This document shows positions 56,334 to 64,000 of a DNA stretch of 64,000 bases, in pieces; the first letter of the stretch is position 1, and each line of letters begins with the position of its first letter. The notes under the pieces were generated by a model. It saw only the letters and a list, made by a program, of their open reading frames with translations. It searched no databases and was not told the DNA's origin. This DNA comes from an archaeon. GTDB taxonomy: Archaea > Iainarchaeota > Iainarchaeia > Iainarchaeales > JAAZKV01. The stretch is taken from positions 35,076-99,075 of the forward strand of contig JBAZKP010000001.1 of the NCBI GenBank assembly GCA_041650735.1, written 5' to 3'. The translations under genes were made by a program, and so were the position numbers.

Positions 56334-56839
56334 TGACTTCTAACAACATAATGCCCAGTTTCTTTTCCACGTTTAGGCTGATCACTCTTTGTTCTTCGCC
56401 TAATGGCAAACCCCTGTGCTTCAAATTTCGCAATTACCGATTCAAGCAATCTACTCAAATTCTTTTTTACCCCTGGAGAAATCCCTCTTGATTTCAAATC
56501 ATTTATTAAAAAATTAATTGAAACCCCTTCAATTCTTTTCCCCTTAACAACTATTCCACAATTTTTGACATAACTTTCTATTGCTTTCATTCTAACAATA
56601 TTAAGCCTTTTTGCAAGCGCTACACTAGGATTATTAATAGAAGCAAAAACTTTTCCATCCCTTGCCCTTATTCGCTTATTAATCCTAATGACAGTTGACT
56701 TAGACACTTGAAAATGATGAGCTATTTTTGAATAAGAAGCAAATCTTGAATCGGAAGGACTCCTTAAAGCCTTTGCAATTCCCCTCCTAACAGCAAGAGG
56801 ACCTGCAACAAAAACCCCCTTATTATTTCTCCTAATCAT
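56330..56839 (-). CDS. Hypothetical 169-aa basic protein with HTH
   Basis: 'YSKIAHHFQVSKSTVIRINKRI'. Lies 8 nt downstream of the Mre11-like gene. Its stop overlaps the top6A stop (TTAA). Confidence 0.45.
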   Translation of the reverse strand: MIRRNNKGVFVAGPLAVRRGIAKALRSPSDSRFASYSKIAHHFQVSKSTVIRINKRIRARDGKVFASINNPSVALAKRLNIVRMKAIESYVKNCGIVVKGKRIEGVSINFLINDLKSRGISPGVKKNLSRLLESVIAKFEAQGFAIRRRTKSDQPKRGKETGHYVVRSH

Positions 56840-56847
56840 AAAAAGAC

Positions 56848-58050
56848 CTAACTCAACAATACCTGCTCCGCTTTTTCATTTTCCCCAATAGAAAGCAACT
56901 CAAAAATCCTTCTTGAATCAAATTCCTTTAACCCCGATTCCTCAATATTTTTTTCCAAAATATCCACGCCCAAATCAATAATACTTTTTTTTTCCAATTG
57001 CATTGCTTTTAATTCTTCAATCTTTTTCCCAAAGCTTTCAACAGAAAAATCCTTTGAAACAGAAAAAATTGCTGAATCAGGAAAAGAAAAAGAAATATCT
57101 GCCTGAGAAAAACCTTTAGCGAGAGAACCACAAAGCTTTAACCTAACCAATGGCTTCAAATCAAATTTGCCTAAAGAACAAACTGAATCAATCTTTTGAT
57201 TAACCACCCCAATAACCTCTTCAGGTTGAGCGCTCTTAAAATCAATTTTTTCATAAAAAAGTTTCCTCTGATTTGCAAAAGGAATAAACTCAAGGTTCTT
57301 TGTTTTAGTTTCAAACAAAAAAACTCCTTTCGAGTGAGAAGATTCAAGCTTCTTCATCTGAGTAAAAATGCTTGAACCAGTAAGCAAAAATCTTTTGCCC
57401 TCAAGCTTCTGTTCATTACTCCAATGCAAATGCCCATCTATAATCAAATCAAAACCATCAGGCAAATCAGCAAGAGAAAGAGAAGCAATCATTTCGTCAT
57501 CAAAAGGCAAAAATTCCTTGAAAGATTGATGCAAAAGCAATAAATTTACCCCCCCTTGAACCGGCTTTGGATTAAATTTTTGCAACGCTTCCCTTGCATG
57601 CTTCTCAGGAATACCGCCCAAACCATGAACAAAAACTTTTTCCCCATTTTTTTCCAATTCAACAAAACCTGCATGCAAATGAACTAAACAATTAGCTTCC
57701 TCCAAAATTGCGATAGCATTAGTAAAATCCTTTCCTCTAAACTCATGAGTACCATGAATAGCAATAACAGGGATTCCCTTAACCAAAACCTTCTGTGATT
57801 CATTCAAACCATACTTTGTAATTGAGGTCAATTTATCAGAGGAATTATTAACAGAAAAACACTCAAAAGCTTTCTTCCAAACCTCTTGCTCAGGAACAGC
57901 ACTATCAAACAAGTCACCTGCGTGAAGCAAAAAGTCAACATTACGCTCTTTAAATATCTGAATTGATTCCTTGAAACGAGCAAAAGACTCCTCAAATCTG
58001 TCGTCAGAACCAAACCCGAAATGGGAATCAGAAAAAATGCCTAAAAGCAT
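56848..58050 (-). CDS. mre11: Mre11/SbcD-like calcineurin-fold nuclease
   Basis: 'IFSDSHFG', 'LHAGDLFD', 'AIHGTHEF', 'LLLHQ', 'IDGHLHW'. ATG at 58050 preferred over the TTG at 58089. Confidence 0.65.
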   Translation of the reverse strand: MLLGIFSDSHFGFGSDDRFEESFARFKESIQIFKERNVDFLLHAGDLFDSAVPEQEVWKKAFECFSVNNSSDKLTSITKYGLNESQKVLVKGIPVIAIHGTHEFRGKDFTNAIAILEEANCLVHLHAGFVELEKNGEKVFVHGLGGIPEKHAREALQKFNPKPVQGGVNLLLLHQSFKEFLPFDDEMIASLSLADLPDGFDLIIDGHLHWSNEQKLEGKRFLLTGSSIFTQMKKLESSHSKGVFLFETKTKNLEFIPFANQRKLFYEKIDFKSAQPEEVIGVVNQKIDSVCSLGKFDLKPLVRLKLCGSLAKGFSQADISFSFPDSAIFSVSKDFSVESFGKKIEELKAMQLEKKSIIDLGVDILEKNIEESGLKEFDSRRIFELLSIGENEKAEQVLLS

Positions 58051-58107
58051 GACAAATAAATGGCTCAAAAGGATTAAATTATTAACCAAGTGAAATGAAC
58101 AATAAAA

Positions 58108-58947
58108 TTACTCTAACAAAGGAACAAATACTTTTACACCTAATAAAGCAGAATCCTTTTCTACCTGTTCAATGCTCCTGGCAGTTGAAAAAAACGCCCT
58201 TATTTCCCCTTCAGAATAAAACTGTTTAGCCTCAATAACCGAAAGTTTTCTTAAAGGCTCAAAACAATTAAATTCCTCAAGCCCCTTCAAAGAAGGAATC
58301 ACTTTTTCATCAGAAACAAGAACAAGGGAACAGCCAGTTTTTAACAAATTTTTCCCAAGAACAACAAGCTCTTTTTCTTTGGATTCAATTGTAACAATTA
58401 AACCTGCTTTACCCTGAGAACCGACAGGCATGCCTTTTGCTCCGGGAATTGAGTCAAAATAAAAATATGCTTTATCATTAAAAGAAATACAAAAAACTTC
58501 TTTTTCAGGGGATTTTAACTTAACCTTAAGCCTAGGATACGCTTCAAGAAGCTTTGACCCCAATTCTTCTTCAAGTTTCTTTGATTTAAAATCTTTTGAA
58601 AAACTTTTCCCGCAAACAGCAAAAGTGCCTTCTTTCAAAATCCCTTCACAAATCAAAACCCCTTTTGTGCACAAATCTTCTAAAGAAGAAAAATCCACTT
58701 CCTGCGCCAAAAACAATGAATACAAACCAAAACAGGATTTTAGAGAAGAAATAACTTTTTCAGGTTCTTTTGAAAGAATAATCATTCTTCCTGCATGAGA
58801 AATAATCCTTTCATAATTAGTGTTAAAATGCTTCAAATAATGAAAAATGTTTTTCTTTAATTTTTTTTCCATGAACCCGCGAACCAAATCACTCTTAATC
58901 GCGAGTTCTGGAGCAGGCAAAACCACAACACAATTAGGCTGAAACAT
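58108..58947 (-). CDS. THUMP-domain protein with ThiI-like N-terminal half and a degenerate (PP-loop-less) C-terminal Rossmann remnant
   Basis: 'ELAIKSDLVRGFMEKKLKKNI', 'GTFAVCGKSFSKDF', 'VKLKSPEKEVFCISFNDKAYFYFDSIPGAKGMPVGSQGKAGLIV'. 'TIESKEKEL' sits where ThiI has 'SGGIDSPVA'. Confidence 0.5.
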   Translation of the reverse strand: MFQPNCVVVLPAPELAIKSDLVRGFMEKKLKKNIFHYLKHFNTNYERIISHAGRMIILSKEPEKVISSLKSCFGLYSLFLAQEVDFSSLEDLCTKGVLICEGILKEGTFAVCGKSFSKDFKSKKLEEELGSKLLEAYPRLKVKLKSPEKEVFCISFNDKAYFYFDSIPGAKGMPVGSQGKAGLIVTIESKEKELVVLGKNLLKTGCSLVLVSDEKVIPSLKGLEEFNCFEPLRKLSVIEAKQFYSEGEIRAFFSTARSIEQVEKDSALLGVKVFVPLLE

Positions 58948-59087
58948 AACAAAACTCTTAGAAGAAATATTAAAAAAGAACAATTACTGACCTTATAAAG
59001 GCTATTACAACCACACAACTACTTCTTTAACTATTTCAAAACTCTGCCATTTCTGGACCCTTAAATGTATTCAAACAAATTCACAAA

Positions 59088-59606
59088 TCACTTTTTCAAA
59101 ATTAATGCCTCTTTAATATTTTTGTTTAATTTTATAATATTGGTTTTGCCGTAACTCTCTTTATCTATTACCCCTCGGTCAAGCAAACGCTGAAGAACCC
59201 GGTGAGATTTAACTTTTCCCAAACCCTCTAGGCGTGATAATTCTGCCTGCAAAACCTTGCCATCAGAATCCAAAAGCTTTTTCACTACAAGCTTTTCATC
59301 CTTGTTAAGAAAACTAACCAATGCATCAGTAATTCTATTTATGTCCTTTTGCTTATTGTCTAAACGCACACTCATGAAAAAGAAAACTATTACCCCTATA
59401 GCAATTCCAATCAAAATAAACACTGGAATCAAATCAGTGAGAAGAATTAATCTTTGCTCGTGCTGGCACACCCCATTAATAGTACATGTAGTAGGGTTTG
59501 TGAGCATGACAATATTGGGCAAGTAAAATATAAGCGCAACAACACAAATCAACGCTATTATCCCCGCAATAGTTCTCTTATTAGATAAATCAAACTTAAT
59601 GTCCAT
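59088..59606 (-). CDS. Membrane-anchored winged-helix regulator (COG2512-like), two TMs with a C-x5-C outer loop
   Basis: TM1, loop 'NPTTCTINGVCQHEQ', TM2, then wHTH 'LQAELSRLEGLGKVKSHRVLQRLLDRGVI'. Confidence 0.55.
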   Translation of the reverse strand: MDIKFDLSNKRTIAGIIALICVVALIFYLPNIVMLTNPTTCTINGVCQHEQRLILLTDLIPVFILIGIAIGVIVFFFMSVRLDNKQKDINRITDALVSFLNKDEKLVVKKLLDSDGKVLQAELSRLEGLGKVKSHRVLQRLLDRGVIDKESYGKTNIIKLNKNIKEALILKK

Positions 59607-59691
59607 GCAAGATTATTTGGCTAAAGAGTTTTTAATCCCTTCTCCAAAAAACAAACACACCCCTGTATTCAGAGGAAGATTTGGGAAAAAG

Positions 59692-59708
59692 AACCATAAC
59701 TAATGGTT
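59692..59708. promoter_or_regulatory. Perfect palindrome AACCAT-N5-ATGGTT in the regulator/copper-operon divergent intergenic region
   Basis: Read directly. ATGGT recurs at 59703, 59725 and 59746 (22- and 21-nt spacing). GTTTCAC (59706-59712) and GTGAAAC (59749-59755) are inverted. Confidence 0.45.
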
Positions 59709-59758
59709 TCACTAAAACATATGTATGGTTTCAGTACCAATATTTATGGTGAAACACA

Positions 59759-60637
59759 ATGAAAACCATTAAAATCCAGATAAGCGGAATGAGTTGCAAA
59801 AACTGTTCCGACAAAATAGAAAACGAGTTAAAAAAACTAGCAGGAGTGCATTCGGTAAAAGTAAATCTTGCAGAGGATAAGGCAAGCATAAGTTTTGAGC
59901 CGGCCCACCTAAGTGAAAAAACAATAGAAGACAAAATAATGGAACTAGGGTACTCTGTGAAAGGAAAAGGGGAAGCAAACGCCACTCAAAACGGAGAAAT
60001 AAAAAAAACTCTTCTCCAAGGAATAGCTTTAGGGATAATCCCCCACCTCGGGTGCATTGGTTTTGTGGTTGCCAGCATACTAGGTGTAACTATCGCAGCA
60101 GAATTCTTTAAACCCCTCCTCTTGAATCCATCCTTCTTTTATGGATTAATAGCCCTCTCAATTGTTTTCGCCACAATATCATCAATCATTTACCTGCACA
60201 AAAACGGACTTCTCTCGGCAAAAGGAATAATAAAGAAAAAAAATTATCTTGCAACCATGTACGGTTCAACAATAATAGTTAGTTTGCTATTCCTCTTTGT
60301 AATATTCCCAATGCTAACAAGTGCAGTTTACGAAACAGCCCAAACAAACACAGGAACACAAACAGCATCTGTAATACAAAACCAAAATACACAAGCAACC
60401 CTTTCCACAAACCAAAATCTGGGGTTACAAAATCTCTTGATTGAAGTACAAATACCCTGTGGAGGACACGCACCCCTAATAATAAGCGAACTCCAAAAAG
60501 TAATTGGGATAACGCAAGTAAAAACCACTTCAACATGGAACCAGTTTAGCATAAGCTATGATTCTACAAAAACAAGTAAAGAACAAATAATGGCACAAAA
60601 AATATTCGCGAATTACCCTGCAAAAATAGTGGGGTAA
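59759..60637 (+). CDS. HMA-domain metal-binding membrane protein (N-terminal MxCxxC domain, TM core, C-terminal CGGH ferredoxin-like domain)
   Basis: 'ISGMSCKNCSDKIENEL', TM segment with 'HLGCIG', Q/T/N-rich linker, 'VQIPCGGHAPLIISELQKVIGI'. Confidence 0.6.
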   Translation: MKTIKIQISGMSCKNCSDKIENELKKLAGVHSVKVNLAEDKASISFEPAHLSEKTIEDKIMELGYSVKGKGEANATQNGEIKKTLLQGIALGIIPHLGCIGFVVASILGVTIAAEFFKPLLLNPSFFYGLIALSIVFATISSIIYLHKNGLLSAKGIIKKKNYLATMYGSTIIVSLLFLFVIFPMLTSAVYETAQTNTGTQTASVIQNQNTQATLSTNQNLGLQNLLIEVQIPCGGHAPLIISELQKVIGITQVKTTSTWNQFSISYDSTKTSKEQIMAQKIFANYPAKIVG

Positions 60638-60697
60638 CTACTTCGCCAGGAATAATAAACCAAACCAACCAAAGTAATATACCAAAAAGCGGTTCTT

Positions 60698-62896
60698 ATG
60701 AAAAAAACAAGTATTATCATTTCAGGAATGCATTGCGCAAATTGTGCGAACACAATAACAAAAGCACTAAAAAAACAAAACGGAGTTGAAGATGCTAATG
60801 TTAATTATTCAACCTCAAAAGCAAGTATTTCTTTTGAAGAAAAAAGTGTTTCTGAAAAAGAACTTGCTCAAGCAATAAAAGAAGCAGGGTACAATGCAAC
60901 ACTAATAAGGGAAGGAATTGATACTGAAAAACAAAACAAAATTTACGCAGAAGAACTAAAACAATCAAAAAATATTTTTCTTTTAAGCTTTGTTTTTGCT
61001 TTACCTGCTTTTATTTTAGGGATGGTACTAATGCCACTAGAAATAGAAATCCCTTACCTTGAATGGATACTTTTTTTACTCGCAACTCCTGTCCAGTTTT
61101 ATGTTGGAAAACAATTCTATTTAGGAGCATGGAATGCACTAAAAAATAAAACCGCGAGCATGGACACCCTAATCGCTGTCGGAACAAGCGCGGCATATTT
61201 TATGAGCCTATACAATATAATATTTAATCCAACTGCGGGACAATACTTTGAAACAAGCGCAGTACTCATAACCCTTGTTTTATTAGGCAAATGGCTTGAA
61301 GCAATAGCAAAAAACAAAACTAATGATGCAATAAAAAAACTAATGAATCTTGCCCCAAAAACTGCCATAGTAATAAAAAATGGAAAAGAAGTGGAAATGG
61401 CTGTTGATGATTTACAAGTTGGAGATATTGTACTTGTAAAACCAGGCGAAAGAATAGCGGTTGACGGAATAATACTAGAAGGATATTCCTCAATTGATGA
61501 AAGCATGGTAACAGGAGAAAGCATACCTATTGAGAAAAAAATCGGGGACAGGGTAATTGGCGGAACAATAAACAAACACGGGGCATTCAAGTTCAAAGCA
61601 ACAAAAATAGGTGAAAACACTACTCTCGCCCACATAATAAAATTAATAGAAGAAGCACAGGGAAAAAAAGCTCCAATACAAAGATACGCGGACAAAATAT
61701 CGGCTTACTTTGTGCCCACAGTGATAATAATTGCAATAGGCACATTTTCAACTTGGTATTTTGGATTCAACACAAGTATATCATTTGCGTTACTTACTAG
61801 TATTGCCGTACTTGTCATTGCATGTCCCTGCGCACTGGGACTTGCAACACCCACCGCAATAATGGTCGGAACAGGGTTAGGAGCAAAACACGGAATACTA
61901 ATCAAAGGCGGGGACGCGCTTGAAACAGCACACAGACTAAAATACATTATATTTGACAAAACAGGGACAATAACAAAAGGACTTCCGGAAGTTACTGAAA
62001 TTATTGGAACTAGAAAATTTAGTGAAAAAAGGGTTCTCCAAATAGCGGCAAGCATAGAAAAATCAAGCGAACACCCTTTGGCTGATGCCATTGTAAATAA
62101 AGCAAAACAAGCTAAAGTTTATTTGAACAACACACAAAAATTCAAAGCAATACCGGGACAGGGAATAGAAGCAAAAATAGCAGGGAAGGAATATTACTTA
62201 GGTAATGTAAAACTAATTGCAAAACACAAAATCAAAACTGAAACATTTAAAGAAAAAATCAATGAAATGGAAACACAAGGAAAAACTGTAATGATTTTAT
62301 CAGACAAGAAAACCATTTTAGGGTTAATATCTGCAGCGGATACAATAAAAGACACTTCCAAGGAAGCTGTTAGAGCACTGCAAAAACTAGGACTCACGGT
62401 TTACATGATAACAGGAGATAACGCAAGAACAGCAAAAGCAATTGCGGCACAAGCAGGGATAACAAACATCTTTGCGGAAGTCGCTCCAAAAGACAAAGCG
62501 AATTATGTGAAAAAATTACAAGAAAAGGGGAAATTTAAAGTAGCGATGGTGGGGGATGGAATAAATGACGCACCCGCACTTGCACAAGCAGATATTGGAA
62601 TAGCAATGGGTTTGGGCACTGATGTAGCAATGGAAACGGGAAACATAGTACTAATGCAAAACAATTTACTGGATGTGGCAAAATCAATTAAACTAAGTAA
62701 ACTGACAATAAGAAAAATAAAACAAAACATGTTCTGGGCGCTATTCTACAATGTAATAGGAATACCAATCGCAGCAGGGGTACTATACCTGCCATTTGGA
62801 ATACTTTTATCCCCAATAATTGCAGGCGGGGCAATGGCGTTAAGCTCAGTAAGCGTAGTAAGCAACTCACTTTTACTAAAAAGAGCAAAGCTTTAA
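60698..62896 (+). CDS. copA: Copper-translocating P1B-type ATPase
   Basis: HMA 'GMHCANCAN', 'TGES', 'CPCALGLATP', 'DKTGTIT', 'GDGINDAP'. Confidence 0.95.
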   Translation: MKKTSIIISGMHCANCANTITKALKKQNGVEDANVNYSTSKASISFEEKSVSEKELAQAIKEAGYNATLIREGIDTEKQNKIYAEELKQSKNIFLLSFVFALPAFILGMVLMPLEIEIPYLEWILFLLATPVQFYVGKQFYLGAWNALKNKTASMDTLIAVGTSAAYFMSLYNIIFNPTAGQYFETSAVLITLVLLGKWLEAIAKNKTNDAIKKLMNLAPKTAIVIKNGKEVEMAVDDLQVGDIVLVKPGERIAVDGIILEGYSSIDESMVTGESIPIEKKIGDRVIGGTINKHGAFKFKATKIGENTTLAHIIKLIEEAQGKKAPIQRYADKISAYFVPTVIIIAIGTFSTWYFGFNTSISFALLTSIAVLVIACPCALGLATPTAIMVGTGLGAKHGILIKGGDALETAHRLKYIIFDKTGTITKGLPEVTEIIGTRKFSEKRVLQIAASIEKSSEHPLADAIVNKAKQAKVYLNNTQKFKAIPGQGIEAKIAGKEYYLGNVKLIAKHKIKTETFKEKINEMETQGKTVMILSDKKTILGLISAADTIKDTSKEAVRALQKLGLTVYMITGDNARTAKAIAAQAGITNIFAEVAPKDKANYVKKLQEKGKFKVAMVGDGINDAPALAQADIGIAMGLGTDVAMETGNIVLMQNNLLDVAKSIKLSKLTIRKIKQNMFWALFYNVIGIPIAAGVLYLPFGILLSPIIAGGAMALSSVSVVSNSLLLKRAKL

Positions 62897-62920
62897 TTGC
62901 TCCCAAAACATTAATTAAGA

Positions 62921-63973
62921 GTGGTGCTTTTGGCAAACAATAAAGGCTTTGATAACAAAAAGTATTTTAGTGCACAAACAAAGGCCCTGCTTGAAAGAGT
63001 ATCAAAATTCTCCAAACTATATTTAGAACTCGGGGGAAAATTACTTTACGATGGTCATGCTTCCCGCGTCTTACCAGGCTTTGACCCAAAAAACAAACTC
63101 AAATTAATTAAAAAACTGCGAAATAAAGTAGAGGTGCTTTACTGCATTAATGCAAAAGAGTTAGAGAAAGGAAACACTTGGAGCGATACAGGGCTAACAT
63201 TGGATAAATTAGCGCTCAAAGAAACCAACGAACTAAAAAAGAACGGGATAAAAGTGCTTGGAATAGTCGTATGCAGGTTTTCAGGGCAAAAAAAAGCAAT
63301 TGATTTTAAGAAAAAAGTTAAAGCAAACGGCGGAAAAGTGTTTTTCACAAAAGAAATAAATGGTTACCCCAATAATCTGAAAAAAGTATTTGGAAAACAA
63401 GGGTTTGCCGCACAGGACTGGATAAAAACAACAAAACAAATAATTATTGTCACAGGGGCAGGAGCAGGAAGCGGAAAAATGTTTTTATGCATGTCACAAA
63501 TCTATGGTGATGACAAACATAAAATCAATTCAGGCTATGCGAAGTGGGAAACATTCCCAATATGGAATCTGCCACTCGAACACCCAGTAAACATTGCTTA
63601 TGAAGCTGCAACCGCGGACCTGGGCGACAAAAATATGTACGATAAGAGACACGAAAAGGCTTACGGGATACGCTCAGTGAACTATAACAGAGATATTGAG
63701 AACTTTGATTTGCTGAAAAAAATAATAACTCAATTCGTGCCACAAAACAATTACATGCACAAATACAAATCACCAACAGACATGGGCATTAGCATGGCAA
63801 AAAAAGGAATTACTAATGACACTGATGTAAAAGAAGCTGCAAAAAACGAAATCCTGCGCAGATACTATTTTTTCAAGAAAAAAACATTGCAAGGAGAAAC
63901 AAATCCAAAAACCTTAAAAAGAATGAAACAACTAATAAAAAAAGCAGGATTGAAAACTAAACCTACTGTTTAG
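62921..63973 (+). CDS. DUF1846 (UPF0371)-family protein, apparently shorter than typical members
   Basis: 'GFDNKKYFSAQTKALLERVSKFSKLYLELGGKLLYDGHASRVLPGFDPKNKLKLIKKL' closely parallels the UPF0371 N-terminus. GTG start. Confidence 0.55.
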   Translation: MVLLANNKGFDNKKYFSAQTKALLERVSKFSKLYLELGGKLLYDGHASRVLPGFDPKNKLKLIKKLRNKVEVLYCINAKELEKGNTWSDTGLTLDKLALKETNELKKNGIKVLGIVVCRFSGQKKAIDFKKKVKANGGKVFFTKEINGYPNNLKKVFGKQGFAAQDWIKTTKQIIIVTGAGAGSGKMFLCMSQIYGDDKHKINSGYAKWETFPIWNLPLEHPVNIAYEAATADLGDKNMYDKRHEKAYGIRSVNYNRDIENFDLLKKIITQFVPQNNYMHKYKSPTDMGISMAKKGITNDTDVKEAAKNEILRRYYFFKKKTLQGETNPKTLKRMKQLIKKAGLKTKPTV

Positions 63974-64000
63974 TCCCTTACAAAACCAAACCTCTTGTTT

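Noticed and set aside
61117-62091. 192-aa and 128-aa minus-strand ORFs
   Set aside because: They are antisense inside copA, which carries CPC, DKTGT and GDGINDAP motifs. The composition is typical of antisense frames.
1-64000. CRISPR arrays, IS elements, integrases, prophage or rRNA genes
   Set aside because: I found no regularly spaced direct repeats, no transposase or integrase-like ORFs, no second copy of the tRNA-Arg 3' end that would mark an integration site, and no rRNA-like GC-rich blocks. The poly-A/K-codon runs are compositional, not repeats.

Overview
This is a visibly AT-rich, very gene-dense archaeal chromosomal segment. Coding strands are A/K-rich, so antisense frames read as F/L/S-rich junk. 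The content is overwhelmingly archaeal information processing. It includes the complete 'exosome superoperon' (L15e, RNase P Rpp30 and Pop5, proteasome alpha, SBDS, Rrp4, Rrp41, Rrp42, L37Ae, RpoP, Pcc1, prefoldin beta) and the aIF2beta-DUF424 and aIF1A-Rio1-KH clusters. It also carries Topo VI B/A, MCM, aIF5A, an Sm protein, aCPSF2, NMD3-like and presenilin-like (PSH) proteins, four aaRS genes (MetRS, class II LysRS, TrpRS, SerRS) and one tRNA-Arg(CCU). The Lys-rich tails, small proteins and sparse metabolism fit a small-genome DPANN-like archaeon, but that placement is inference only. Metabolic and accessory content: a compact trpB-A-E-G-D operon without trpC/trpF, placed directly upstream of trpS; a copper-export locus (membrane-anchored wHTH regulator, HMA membrane protein, CopA) with periodic operator-like repeats; thiol-redox envelope proteins; and a small island of wHTH proteins including a Csa3/CARF-like regulator. 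I saw no rRNA, CRISPR array, transposase or integrase. The most interesting candidates are listed here.
- A MinD-centred gene string with PATAN-like and Roadblock-like partners and a long coiled-coil protein.
- An apparently split ThiI: a THUMP-less PP-loop enzyme, plus a distant THUMP protein with a degenerate PP-loop.
- A single-repeat TBP-like 94-aa protein.
- A DUF692/MbnB-like enzyme.
All family assignments come from motif recognition by eye. No database search was run.
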